Source: Tubiluchus corallicola
Lineage: Eukaryota > Animalia > Priapulida
DNA: 19,922 nt
Reading direction: 5' to 3'
NCBI GenBank assembly: GCA_030141605.1
Contig: JAQGDQ010000818.1
Coordinates: forward strand, 1 to 19,922
The position numbers were made by a program, and so were the translations under genes. Every line of letters begins with the position of its first letter. The first letter of the stretch is position 1. Below, one piece after another: positions 1 through 10,539 of the stretch. Under the pieces are notes generated by a model. The model was not told the DNA's origin. It saw only the letters and a list, made by a program, of their open reading frames with translations, and did not search any database.

Positions 1-29
1 GAGGCTGCAACCTATTTGTATCTCTGCTA

Positions 30-330
30 TTAAAGGAAAAGTCAAGTCTTCTGGGAAGTTAGGCTTATTTCAATGTTCGTGAAAAATGTTGAAGGATTTA
101 ATAACGAGAGCGTGATAAGCGCCTCGTTTAACTAGTAAAAACATCTAAAAGTTGCGATCATTTCACGCTTGGGCGCTCCCATTTTGAACGTCCATTCTTC
201 CACCAATGACGTCATCCATCTGCTGAAGAGAAGCACTGCACGATTTAAAAGTATAATACGTTTTTGAAAAATAAGATAGCTAATTTTGTGACATTTTTGC
301 AGAATTTTGATGTAGTTTATTCAGCGCGCT
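30..330 (+). mobile_element. Possible terminus of a Kolobok-like non-autonomous DNA transposon (TTAA|AGG...); mirror ends at 19893
   Basis: ttaaaggaaaagtcaag start followed by subterminal ccattttg/tgacgtca motifs typical of such elements. No matching second TIR within the arm, so the extent is uncertain. Confidence 0.35.
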
Positions 331-829
331 TGCAAATTTCTTTGTTATTTTTTTCTAAATTTAAGTGAGAACAGTAAAATGAACCCAACGTGCTAAATGA
401 CTTGTCATTTCCTGTTATGTAACTGTAATGTTCTGTCTCAGTTTGGATTAACAGAATTGGAATTTTCCGTTTTTTGTGAACACAAGTGTGGTGCTTCCCA
501 AAAACTTGAACTTTCGCATTAGGAAATACGGGAACTAGGCGGTTATGTAGTTTAACGCATCTCTTTGCCAACATAATTTATTTTAAGTATTACGTTATCA
601 CATTCTTTTGTCCGTTTTAATTTAATTAAGTCTGCAAAATTCAAGGAATTTCTCAGATGTCATATACGATGCAACGTGCAATGTATTGCTACCGGAAAGC
701 GTAATATTTGGGGCTGACCGTAGTAGCTACTGTATCGCTTTTACTGCGATTGATTTTCTTTGCTCGTGAGTGCGGTGTGTGTTATTTCTTTGCTAAAAGA
801 ATCAGTTGAGATACGAGAGAGGCTGCAGC

Positions 830-1262
830 TGGAGGGAGAGAGAGAGAGGCTGTAAATGGAGGGGGAGAGAGAAAGAGAGAGAGAGAGAGAGAGGAGAGAG
901 CGAGAGAGAGAGAGAGAGAGAGAGAGAGGGGGAAGGGAGAGAGAGAGAGAGAGAGGGGGGGGGGGAAGGGAGAGAGAGAGAGGGAGGGAGGGAGAGAGTG
1001 GGGGAGGGAGGGATAGAGAGAGAGAGAGGGAGAAAGAGAGGGAGAGAGAGAGAGGGGGAGAGAGAAAGAGAGAGAGAGGGAAAGGGAGAAAGGAGAGAGA
1101 GAGAGAGAGGAGAAGGAGAGAGAGAGGAAGGGAGAGAGAGGAGAGGGAGGGAGAGAAAGAGGGGGAGGGAGGGATAGAGAGAAAGAGAGGGAGAGAGAGG
1201 GGGGAGAGAGAGAAAGAGAGAGAGAGGGGAGGGAGAGAGAGAGGGGGAGAGAGACAGAAAGA

Positions 1263-1301
<39 letters not shown>

Positions 1302-1305
1302 GGGG
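830..1305. repeat. Compound (GA)n/(GGGA)n polypurine tract; mirror at 18618..19093
   Basis: ~475 nt of almost pure G/A. Confidence 0.98.
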
Positions 1306-1635
1306 AGCAGCATCGAAGAGCAGGCCTTCAGCCAGTAAACCACTTGGCTGCAACCGAAACTTACTGTTTATACCACTCGGCTTCAATAATGTTTACTATT
1401 CTGACAGTTACATATTGATCTGCTTAGGAAGAGATAGCCAACAACTCCAACCCCAAATATTGGTGTCAGTGACGTTAACCGATCAATATTTATGAAACCC
1501 ATTTCAAACTGCTGACCTCTTGCTGCTGTTATGTAAACTCTTATGCTATTATACATGTTATCACGTACATATTGTGTAATTTGTCTAATTACACTGCTGT
1601 GACGCCAAGCTAATCTAATCTAAGTTACGATAATT

Positions 1636-2075
1636 GAGCAATATTCATCAAACTGGATACCTTACCTTAGGCCTTAGTCCTTCCCGTGCACGGGTGCACA
1701 TTGGGCAGACAGCATTTTCCACTGAGCAATATTCATCAAACTGGATACCTTACCTTAGGCCTTAGTCCTTCCCGTGCACGGATGCACATTGGGCAGACAG
1801 TATTTTCCACTGAGCAGTATTCATCAAACTGGATACCTTACCTTAGGCCTTAGTCCTTCCCGTGCACGGATGCACATTGGGCAGACAGCATTTTCCACTG
1901 AGCAGTATTCATCAAACTGGATACCTTACCTTAGGCCTTAGTCCTTCCCGTGCACGGATGCACATTGGGCAGACAGCATTTTCCACTGAGCAATATTCAT
2001 CAAACTGGATACCTTACCTTAGACCTTAGTCCTTCCCGTGCGCGGATGCACATTGGGCAGACAGCATTTTCCACT
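1636..2075. repeat. Tandem array, 5 x 88 bp (RTE 3' end + TSD + flank)
   Basis: Unit starts (gagca) at 1636, 1724, 1812, 1900 and 1988. Confidence 0.97.
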
Positions 2076-2324
2076 GGGTTCTATTGGCGGCTTCTCTTTC
2101 GATGTTCTCCCAACGTCTGTTCATAGCCCGAAGGTCTTCTTTGAAAGATCTGCGCCACGTTGTTTTTGGCCGACCTCTTTTCCATTTTCCACCAGGTGGT
2201 TCCCAGCGTAACGCTATTTTGGAGTAGCGTTGTTCTGGTAGGCGTAGAATATGTCCAGCCAGTCTCAGCCTTCTCTCTGCGACTATTTCCTGCAACCGCC
2301 TTCACTACACCTGCTGTAGGACTT
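2012..2324 (-). mobile_element. 5'-truncated RTE-clade LINE (ORF C-terminus with TAAGG-like tail)
   Basis: RRLRLAGHILR...W.PPGGKWKRGRPKTTWRR...EDL...AANRTQW is a typical RTE C-terminal motif. 12-bp TSD tcaaactggata at 2000..2011 and 2325..2336. Confidence 0.92.
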
Positions 2325-2628
2325 TCAAACTGGATAAATGTAGCGCTAATTATATATCTATAATTATGATTTGAAGATGATTGATCAGCTTCCTTCACTG
2401 AGACGACAGGTAGAGTTTTAACTACACCTGTGCAGGAAACTAATACTCCGTGCATTTTGGTTGAATCTAATCTGTTTCAAAACACTTCTGGCCTGATGCC
2501 AATCTGATATGTGAGAGATTCATATTAAATGCAATCGAGTCAGTTGATTCGAGTGTCCTTCACTCCAGTCTAGTCAAGCTCAATCAAATCTGCTGCTTCC
2601 AGTTCTGTCTGATTCAGTTTGGTCCATT

Positions 2629-3463
2629 CCATTGTAGTTGAGCCCAGGACAGTTCACTTCTTGCTTGTAAGTCCTATCCTAAATAACATCTCTGTTTTAG
2701 ATCTTGCAATGGACCATTGTAGTTGAGCCCAGGACAGTTCACTTCATGCTGTAAGTGCTATCCTAAATAACATCTCTGTTTTAGATCTTGCAATGGACCA
2801 TTGTAGTTGAGCCCAGGACAGTTCACTTCATGCTGTAAGTCCTATCCTAAATAACATCTCTGTTTTAGATCTTGCAATGGACCATTGTAGTTGAGCCCAG
2901 GACAGTTCACTTCATGCTGTAAGTCCTATCCTAAATAACATCTCTGTTTTAGATCTTGCAATGGACCATTGTAGTTGAGCCCAGGACTGTTCACTTCTTG
3001 CTGTAAGTGCTATCCTAAATAACATCTCTGTTTTAGATCTTGCAATGGACCATTGTAGTTGAGCCCAGGACTGTTCACTTCTTGCTGTAAGTGCTATCCT
3101 AAATAACATCTCTGTTTTAGATCTTGCAATGGACCATTGTAGTTGAGCCCAGGACAGTTCACTTCTTGCTGTAAGTGCTATCCTAAATAACATCTCTGTT
3201 TTAGATCTTGCAATGGACCATTGTAGTTGAGCCCAGGACAGTTCACTTCATGCTGTAAGTCCTAGCCTAAATAACATCTCTGTTTTAGATCTTGCAATGG
3301 ACCATTGTAGTTGAGCCCAGGACAGTTCACTTCTTGCTGTAAGTGCTATCCTAAATAACATCTCTGTTTTAGATCTTGCAATGGACCATTGTAGTTGAGC
3401 CCAGGACAGTTCACTTCTTGCTGTAAGTCCTGTCCTAAATAACATCTCTGTTTTAGATGTTGC
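2629..3463. repeat. Minisatellite, ~10 x 84 bp
   Basis: Unit ccattgtagttgagcccaggacagttcacttc...ttttagatcttgcaatgga starts at 2629, 2714, 2798, 2882, 2966, 3050, 3134, 3218, 3302 and 3386. Confidence 0.98.
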
Positions 3464-3600
3464 CTTATAATGCTTTTATTTAATAAACATAATCGTGTCT
3501 ACTCTAGTTTAGTCTAATCAAATTAGCATAAATGTGTAATTTAATCAAATCTAGTCTCATCTGCTCTGATCTGATCTAATTCGATCCAAACCAGTCCAGT

Positions 3601-3665
3601 CTAATAAGCCTTTTCACAGTTCCAGCAATTGATGATGATCGTGAAAAGGTCAAAGGTTAAGTGTA
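3601..3665 (+). repeat. ~65-bp dispersed direct repeat; second copy at 6043..6108, mirrors at 16279..16343 and 13839..13904
   Basis: ctaataagccttttcacagttccagc(a/g)attgatgatgatcgt...ggtcaaaggttaagtgta occurs twice per arm. Confidence 0.95.
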
Positions 3666-3666
3666 C

Positions 3667-3767
<101 letters not shown>

Positions 3768-4429
3768 AGAAAAAGTTTTTTAAATTCCTTATAACAGGAA
3801 CTATATAATCTTTCATAAACAACATTATATATAATATGGTTTATTAAATTTTTATTAGAAAATCGTTTCTGATAAAAATCTAATAAAATTTATTGTATAA
3901 TGCATTGTTTACGAAATCATTAATGCAAGTTTAAACGGGAGATTCTAGACGCGTTAATAAATGGCTAACACTTCTGCTTTTAATTTGCCAAACCGTCAGA
4001 CGGGCAAATTTGCTGTGAGATGAAAATGAGTAATTTCAGCATAACTTCTCTCGCATTTTCATTAATTAAATTTTTTCGTACCGTCGCCCCGAGCAATTAA
4101 CGAATGCAAACGAAGTATAAATTTTATCAGTTTTGCAGAATTATCGTTTTATTACCATCGGCTTCATGCTTTCTTGAGTGGTGGATAAACTTCTACATTC
4201 TGCGCAGTGAACGTTGTAACCTAGAGCTGTAGCTACTTAGTGAGCTGCCTCTATTTAATAATGGCTTTGCTTTGTGTACATTAACGCCTTAAATGTGGTA
4301 ATTTCAAGACCCGAGTCAATAAGGAAATAAATCAATAGGGGCTCAGTGTGGCGCCCTGAAGGCTACCGGTAACGTAAGCGAACTTGGTTTCGCAGTCTCG
4401 CGACTCCATAGATGGGTGTTGCACAGTAG

Positions 4430-4930
4430 TTCAATTCACTCCAATTCAAAGGTTTTATTCATCTCTAGTATAATATTTATAGCGCAAATACAACAAATTA
4501 TGTAAAGTATGTAGAGATGGGGTGGCGAAAGACCAGGAGGTCATCGAGTCAGCCACCCCTATATAACTTAGAAATATTATAAAGCACCGCAGACTACATG
4601 GTTAAGTGAATAAATACGTAGTTAGATCTTCAGTGTAGCAAATAAACAAAATGCAAAGCAGTTATATTATAATAATACCAATGGAAAAAAACAAACAAAT
4701 AATGCAATTAAAAATTAAAACAACAACTGAACAAGTCTTGAATGCAACAACAGAAAAAGCAAGCAATCTGGTTAAATCATAAATGCAGCGAGTGAACTAA
4801 AATGCAGCAAATGAACGAAAATGTAGTTAAATAATGAATGCACAACAAACAAAAAACAACAAAAAACAAAGGAAGAACATTTGTGCAGTAAGTCTTAAAT
4901 GTAATAAATGAAGAAAAGCAATCAGTAATC
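4430..4930 (-). mobile_element. Probable 3' end/UTR of a CR1/L2-group LINE (degenerate); mirror at ~15014..15514
   Basis: On the minus strand: T-rich UTR, GC stem-loop ggggtggc...gccacccc (4519..4559), AATAAA, then a (TTGAA)n-like tail. An SSFITFKTY-type terminal peptide lies near 4900. The 5' limit is uncertain. Confidence 0.5.
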
Positions 4931-5423
4931 ATAATGTGAGAAGTATACACAAAAAGCAAGCAATGCAGAAAGTGTTCTAGTTGAAGGGAAAGCAGACCCA
5001 TTTGGGGATGCCTTGACTTGATGCAGTTTTGTTCCAAGTGTCCACAAACTACAGGATCTTGTAGGATTTACAGCTTGTTTGGTTCTGTACCAATGATCCT
5101 GGCAAATTTCCTTCCGGTTGAATACGAAGCGTTATAATTAAAACGTTAAGCTGATGTAATCATCGAAAGGGGGAAGTTTCTGATGACAAATGTCTGGCTT
5201 CCTGATAATTAAATACAAATAAAAAATCCTCAACTTTATATTGTGTGATTATTTATCAGTTGCACTAATTCGTGTCACTAAGAATCATCTCTTTGTTATT
5301 TTGAGTAATATTGCTGTTGCTCTGGATGACACGTTTCTAGCCTTCCTTTGTTTTTGCATTTTTCTTCGTCAGTTTCGGTTTTATTGAGAGACTAGCTCGC
5401 GTTCATTCATTGACTAACAGACT

Positions 5424-5611
5424 TCTTCTTCTTCTTCCCAACTTTTCCCTATTTTGGGTCGCCGTTGTGAATGAGTCTTCTCCATGCATTCCTGTTGTTG
5501 ACCATCTCTTCATTTATGTCTTCAATTCCCACAAGATCTTCACCGATTCTTCTTTTCAGTTGTCCATACCATCGCAATCTTGCGAGGCTTCCACTACTTT
5601 TACTGTTCCTC
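5424..5611 (-). mobile_element. Short, internally deleted RTE-clade LINE 3' fragment with (GAA)n tail
   Basis: ARLRWYGQLKRR...EDL...NRNAWRRLIHNGDPK* followed by gaagaagaag. 13-bp TSD tgactaacagact at 5411..5423 and 5612..5624. Confidence 0.88.
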
Positions 5612-7637
5612 TGACTAACAGACTGAAATCCCCAATAAATGTCAGCAAACATCTCTTTAAAATCTGCCTCTTATCTTTTGCTCCTCTACGTTATAAAAGT
5701 TTGGGTGCTCAAAAAAATTAGGGCTTATAAATTGTAACCGACCTTTGACCCTGAAGCGCTTATTGAAGGTCACCTACTATTCTACTAAACACTGGCATTT
5801 GAACACTGAATCAATCACTCAGTCATATTAGTGTTAGGAAACTGACGTCAAGGTCTAGAAATGCCAAACAACCAACAAATCAATGTTTTTGTTGTGTGAT
5901 TTTTTATTAATTGTCACACAATAGAATGACAGTGTGTGGAATTTTCTACTTGTGCAGCAACATCAGCAACAGTTGAATCGACTGAGGCTGACTTTGCTTT
6001 GTGAAAGTGAAAACGCAAGATAAAGCATTCACAAATAACAAACTAATAAGCCTTTTCACAGTTCCAGCGATTGATGATGATCGTAAGAAGGGTCAAAGGT
6101 TAAGTGTAGCAGGCAGCGCATTTGTGTACACTTGACAACGCCTCGTAGCCCATGCTGTTGTAATAGTAATTAAGAAAAGGGCGAATACTAGGTATAGAGC
6201 CTTACCTAGTTCATTTTTCTCTTGTTCACAAGCAAGATCTCGCTCAGACTAATGCGTAATTAAGTTAAGTCTACGAAAAACAACTGAAGTTAGTGAACCA
6301 ATGAACTGCGTTACCCACATGTCACGTGACGATTGTTCTTAACACCCTGAGATACACTTAACCATTGACCTACAGCAACTGCGCGTGCGTACAACGAAAC
6401 TGCGAAAAAGCTTGTTAGCACACCACAAACAATTGCTTGCACAAAATGAGTGCTATATAAGTGAGATCATGAATGCTCTTCAGTGAATTTGTGATGAGCT
6501 TCTCACAACAATAATGCGTTCCGAAGAAGCTGATACTTCTGCTATTAGTGTGACAAATGCTATTTTCCCTAATCGCCTCGCTTCAGTTTTCTGAAAATTG
6601 AATTTTAACTTGAACCACAACCTGAAGGTCATCAATCTTATTCTCGTGAAATCTGTTCCTGAAATCAATTATAAATTCCTTAAGTTCCCGTCTGCAGTGG
6701 CTCCCAGGGATGAGAATTTTCCTCGGATACCCGGAATTCCGAGTTTTTGGAAGACCAGTAGTGCCATTTTTGTAAATCGCGTAAATTCGTTGAGAAAATT
6801 TTTACGGAGTTCATTATTTGTCAAGCTGACCACTAGTTGGCAGATCGTCACTTTGTTTACATCACGTACATCAGTGTAACCACGTGTATATCTCTATGTA
6901 TAAAAATATCGAATCAATTGTGCGGAGTTATTTGAGTCAATTGCAGACAGTTTTTATATACTTTTGCATAGGAGCGGCCAGTACTTAGGCGTTTTTGAGA
7001 CAATTAGGTATCATGTATCCTTGATAGTTGGTATTTTAAATTATGCATGAAACAAGGTAATTGATATTTTAAGTGCATTTAGAGGTTCTCTATGGTCACA
7101 ATTGGCTTCGGATTTTTCTGTTTGTTTCATTATAATAATTGTTCAAGGCAATCACATTAACGTTAATTAATTAGTAACATTTCCTGTTTGTCACCGGTTA
7201 ACTAAAAATAGTTAATTCACGTTGAAATGTCTGTTGTATGAAACTCGAACACGTACACGTTAGAATTTCTGCTGCACATGCTTTTAGATAGTTCTGACAG
7301 TGTGACAGCTTGACAGGCAGCCAGGAAACTCGACGCTGCTGGAAAATTGGAAAACGTTTTAAGAGCCGCAATAAGCTCTTTGGAAGAGCTCAGTATCGGT
7401 TATCGTGGGAAAATAGACAGACAGACAGACAACCTTGTAAATGGAAGTGTTCGAGTTTTCTAAAAATATAACTTTAGCCTTTGTTGAGCCATTGACAAGT
7501 GTTTCAGTCCAGACAACTTTAGTAGTAATGGACAGTTCACATTATTGTGCATATATGTTCTTTTTTTGTAAAGTCTTTAATTTGTGTTTGGCAAACTTTT
7601 ATTAAGGTTGTTAGTAAATGTTTTAATGTTTTTACAG

Positions 7638-7787
7638 AAACACATTAGTACAATCTCTCACCTGCAGGAGGAGCTGCGGAGCCAGCACGACCTCAATCGT
7701 AACCTCCATGATTCGTTGAACGGTTCCGGGAGATCGTTGTCTTCGGCGGGAGAAGTGGACGCTCTTCGAAGCGAAAAAGATGCTCAG
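7638..7787 (+). pseudogene. Inverted duplicate of ERC exon A (antisense to the host gene), with intact splice sites
   Basis: Same 150-nt exon and splice signals as 12160..12309, on the opposite strand. No + strand copy of exon B follows it. Confidence 0.88.
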
Positions 7788-8128
7788 GTCAGCAGATGTT
7801 GCAAACTGGAGTTGAACTTCAAATTAACTTTTTTGCTTTGGCCAATTAACAAAGATAACTGATTTATTGTGCATTTTCCCATCTTCCATCTCTAGGTATC
7901 TCTTCCTGCTTCACGCTTCCCCTTTCTTTTTCTCCTACCTCCCTCTCTGCATCTCTTTTCCTTTCATGTTTCTTTTCTTGCACACACCCTTCCCCTTTCT
8001 TTCACTTTCGCTGCTCTCTTCCATCTCTTGCACTTTCTCATTTTTCCTCCTTTCTCTTTCCCATCTCACTTTCTTGCCCTATCCCTGATTCTTTCTCTCT
8101 GCTGTGTTTCCGTCTTTTCCCTGTTTTG

Positions 8129-8139
8129 CTCTCTCTCTC

Positions 8140-8221
<82 letters not shown>

Positions 8222-8279
8222 CGCTCTCTCTCTCCCTCTTTCTCTCGCTCTCTCTCCCTCTTTTTCTCCCTCTCTCTCG

Positions 8280-8357
<78 letters not shown>

Positions 8358-8373
8358 CCCCCTCTCTCTCTCT

Positions 8374-8408
<35 letters not shown>

Positions 8409-8593
8409 CTCTCTCTCTCTCTCCCTCTCTCTCTCTCTCTCTGTCTCTATATCTATCTATCTATGTAGCTATCTATCTATGTAGCTATCTATCTATCTAT
8501 CTATCTATCTACCTACCTATCTATCTATCTATTCTCTCTTTCTATCTATCTATCTCCCTCCCTCCCTCCCTCCCCCTCCCCCTCCCCCTCCCC
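8129..8593. repeat. Compound (TC)n/(TATC)n microsatellite ending in a (CCCT/CCCCCT)n tract at the inner end of the left arm
   Basis: Direct reading of the sequence. Confidence 0.97.
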
Positions 8594-8656
8594 TCACATC
8601 ACATCAACACTACTAATGTTTAACGGTAAAGAACATGGCTGAAGACATCTAGGTAC

Positions 8657-8776
8657 CTGTAACATTTCTAATAACTTCTTTATGCTCTCCTCTCGAGCGG
8701 ACAAAGTTTGTTTCTGCGTTTCGATCCGGATTTCCATCTCCTTGACGGTTTCCCGGAGAAGATACAGTTCCTTGCC
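8657..8776 (-). CDS. ERC1: Internal coding exon B of ELKS/ERC gene: GKELYLLRETVKEMEIRIETQKQTLSAREESIKKLLEMLQ
   Basis: Acceptor ttttcctcttttag|GGC, donor CAG|gtacct, 120 nt, phase 0/0. Very close to the conserved ERC1/ERC2 segment (recalled) AKELFLLRKTLEEMELRIETQKQTLNARDESIKKLLEMLQ. Absent from the ORF track. Confidence 0.95.
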
Positions 8777-9001
8777 CTAAAAGAGGAAAATCACAAATTT
8801 CAATCTTGTTTCCATTTCTACATGAGCACGCAAAATATACAAAAACTGGCTGGGAGCTAACTCATTCGTCTAAAAAACCGTTTTGTAAGTCCTACTTGCT
8901 GAAATTATTTTTCGAGTTTTAAAACAAAATTAAGTGTAATCACCACTGAAATTAAGACGAAAGTTTTCTAATCATATATTGTTTCATTATGAAATAAAAC
9001 A

Positions 9002-9120
9002 CTACGGCCAAATCAGGTTGAAAACACCGGTATTCGAATGATCACCGCAGTTAGGCAATGTAGAGCCTGGTTAGTACTTGGATGGGTGACCGAGTACGAA
9101 TACCAGGTGCTGTAGGCTTT
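9002..9120 (+). pseudogene. Diverged near full-length 5S rRNA-like sequence (SINE head with Pol III type-1 promoter)
   Basis: ctacggcca...gatcaccgcagttaggcaatg (box A)...cctggttagtacttggatgggtgacc (IE/box C)...aataccaggtgctgtaggcttt. Only 3 Ts follow and several stem positions are mutated. Confidence 0.9.
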
Positions 9121-9548
9121 GCGGGATGCCCACACTGTATCTCGATACTAGGCGGAGGTGCTGCACAAGCAGCCAATGGCTAGAGGGCGGAGGAGGTCAA
9201 GTGACCCAATGGCCATGTGTAGAGGAGTAAACCTTCTAAATCAGGAGTGGAGCCCCGAAGGTAGACCAGTGCAGCACGCTCACTGATTCCGGCAGCTCCT
9301 GCAGCCAACCTGGTGCCAAACGTATCACTCCGCTTTCCTCTGGACTACGCCAGGGAGGAAGAGCGGGGGTTCCTGTTGTCTGGGCAACTCAGGATTTCCA
9401 TACACCTTGCCCAGGCCTGCGCCCTGGAGACGTTCAAAGATCGCACTGCTCAGCCACAGTCGACGCTGCAGCTCCATGAATAACTGACTCTCTTGGCGCA
9501 CACTCCATTGTCTTCCGAGACAGAAGGATGCCAACCAGAACAACAACC
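9002..9548 (+). mobile_element. 5S rRNA-derived SINE (SINE3 type): 5S head, central domain, RTE-LINE-derived tail and (AAC)n end
   Basis: 5S-like head to 9120, GC-rich body, tail ...gagacagaaggatgccaaccagaacaacaac. Flanked by a 15-bp direct repeat with 1 mismatch: atgaaataaaacact (8989..9003) and atgaaatataacact (9549..9563). Confidence 0.85.
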
Positions 9549-9599
9549 ATGAAATATAACACTGACCCACAAACATCAACAGTTTATAGTAACTGGCTT

Positions 9600-10250
9600 A
9601 CTGGACAGCAAAACTTTATAAGGAGATTGAAAAATTTCATTTCCAAATAAACCATCATAAAAGCTTTAAATAGCACCATAGCTTGCCAAGTACACCTGAA
9701 TCTGTTGTCGTTCAAAGGTGGATTAACAATCATCCATATTTTTTTGCAAACATATTTAATTTTCATAACCTTAGGTATAAAGAAAACAATCTGACTGACA
9801 CACCTTAAGAATGATTAAGTAGCCTAATGCAAACCTGAGACATTTACAAATAGATGCTTGTATTTTAACTGTGAAAGTACATGGAATGAAATTTAGCGAT
9901 ACAAATTTTAAACTAAAGTTTACGAATTCATTTGTAGCTTTTATAAATTCCTGCATTATATCAATTAGGTTTATTTTGGTCAAGATTAAAAAAATTAAGT
10001 TTAAAAAAAAAGTTACCCTGTAATAAAGTATGAATTTTCGTTTCAATGGAAGAAAGTTTAAATTATGCAGGTTAAATAAATCATAATAATCAATATTTAT
10101 AACATTATTGCAAATTACACATACAACCACTCGCTAAGTACCATAAAATGTTTGAAAAATCATTAAAATTTATTAATTATAGTTCTTACATTTATAGCTT
10201 AGAACAACAACTTTGGCATTTGACAAGCATCACAAAAAGTGAATAGAGTA
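9600..10250 (+). mobile_element. Possible highly decayed L1/Tx1-type LINE ORF2 C-terminal remnant
   Basis: Fragmentary peptides NANLRHLQ, HGMKFSDTN and IIANYTY occur in the order expected for Tx1-like KLRxFQ...KMKxxDSxLC...IxxAKYxIY. Many stops and frameshifts. Confidence 0.3.
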
Positions 10251-10391
10251 TGACTACATCAAACTAGTTTAAATTCAGCAACTCGAATATTAGGTAAAGA
10301 AACTTTATCATGCAGAAATGAACAAAATATTGAAAGCATTCGTTATACTTTAAAGTTATACTACAGACCTGCAAAGTTAGCTTCTGAAATT

Positions 10392-10501
10392 TTGTTGTTG
10401 TTGTTGTTGCTGTTGTTTATTGTTGCTGTTGTTGTTGGTGGTGGTGCTGTTGCTGTTGCTGCTGTTGTTGCTGCTGTTGTTGCTGTTGTGGTTGTTGTTG
10501 T

Positions 10502-10539
<38 letters not shown>

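Noticed and set aside
741-1386. ORFs rich in LS/ER repeats (also 8028..8623, 11200..11919, 18537..19182)
   Set aside because: Translations of GA/TC/TATC microsatellites.
2629-3463. CRISPR-like array or 28-aa repeat protein
   Set aside because: No unique spacers (pure tandem repeat), eukaryotic context, stops in several units, no splice signals.
7317-7436. Possible 120-nt exon AARKLDAAGKLENVLRAAISSLEEL... upstream of exon A
   Set aside because: Weak acceptor with no pyrimidine tract, and no similarity to the expected upstream ERC sequence (SIKTFWSPELKKER...).
7584-7862. 92-aa ORF as a standalone gene
   Set aside because: Only 7638..7787 is exon; the rest is intron read-through.
9002-9120. 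Functional 5S rRNA gene
   Set aside because: Multiple substitutions, no T4+ terminator, and it is embedded in a TSD-flanked element with a LINE tail.
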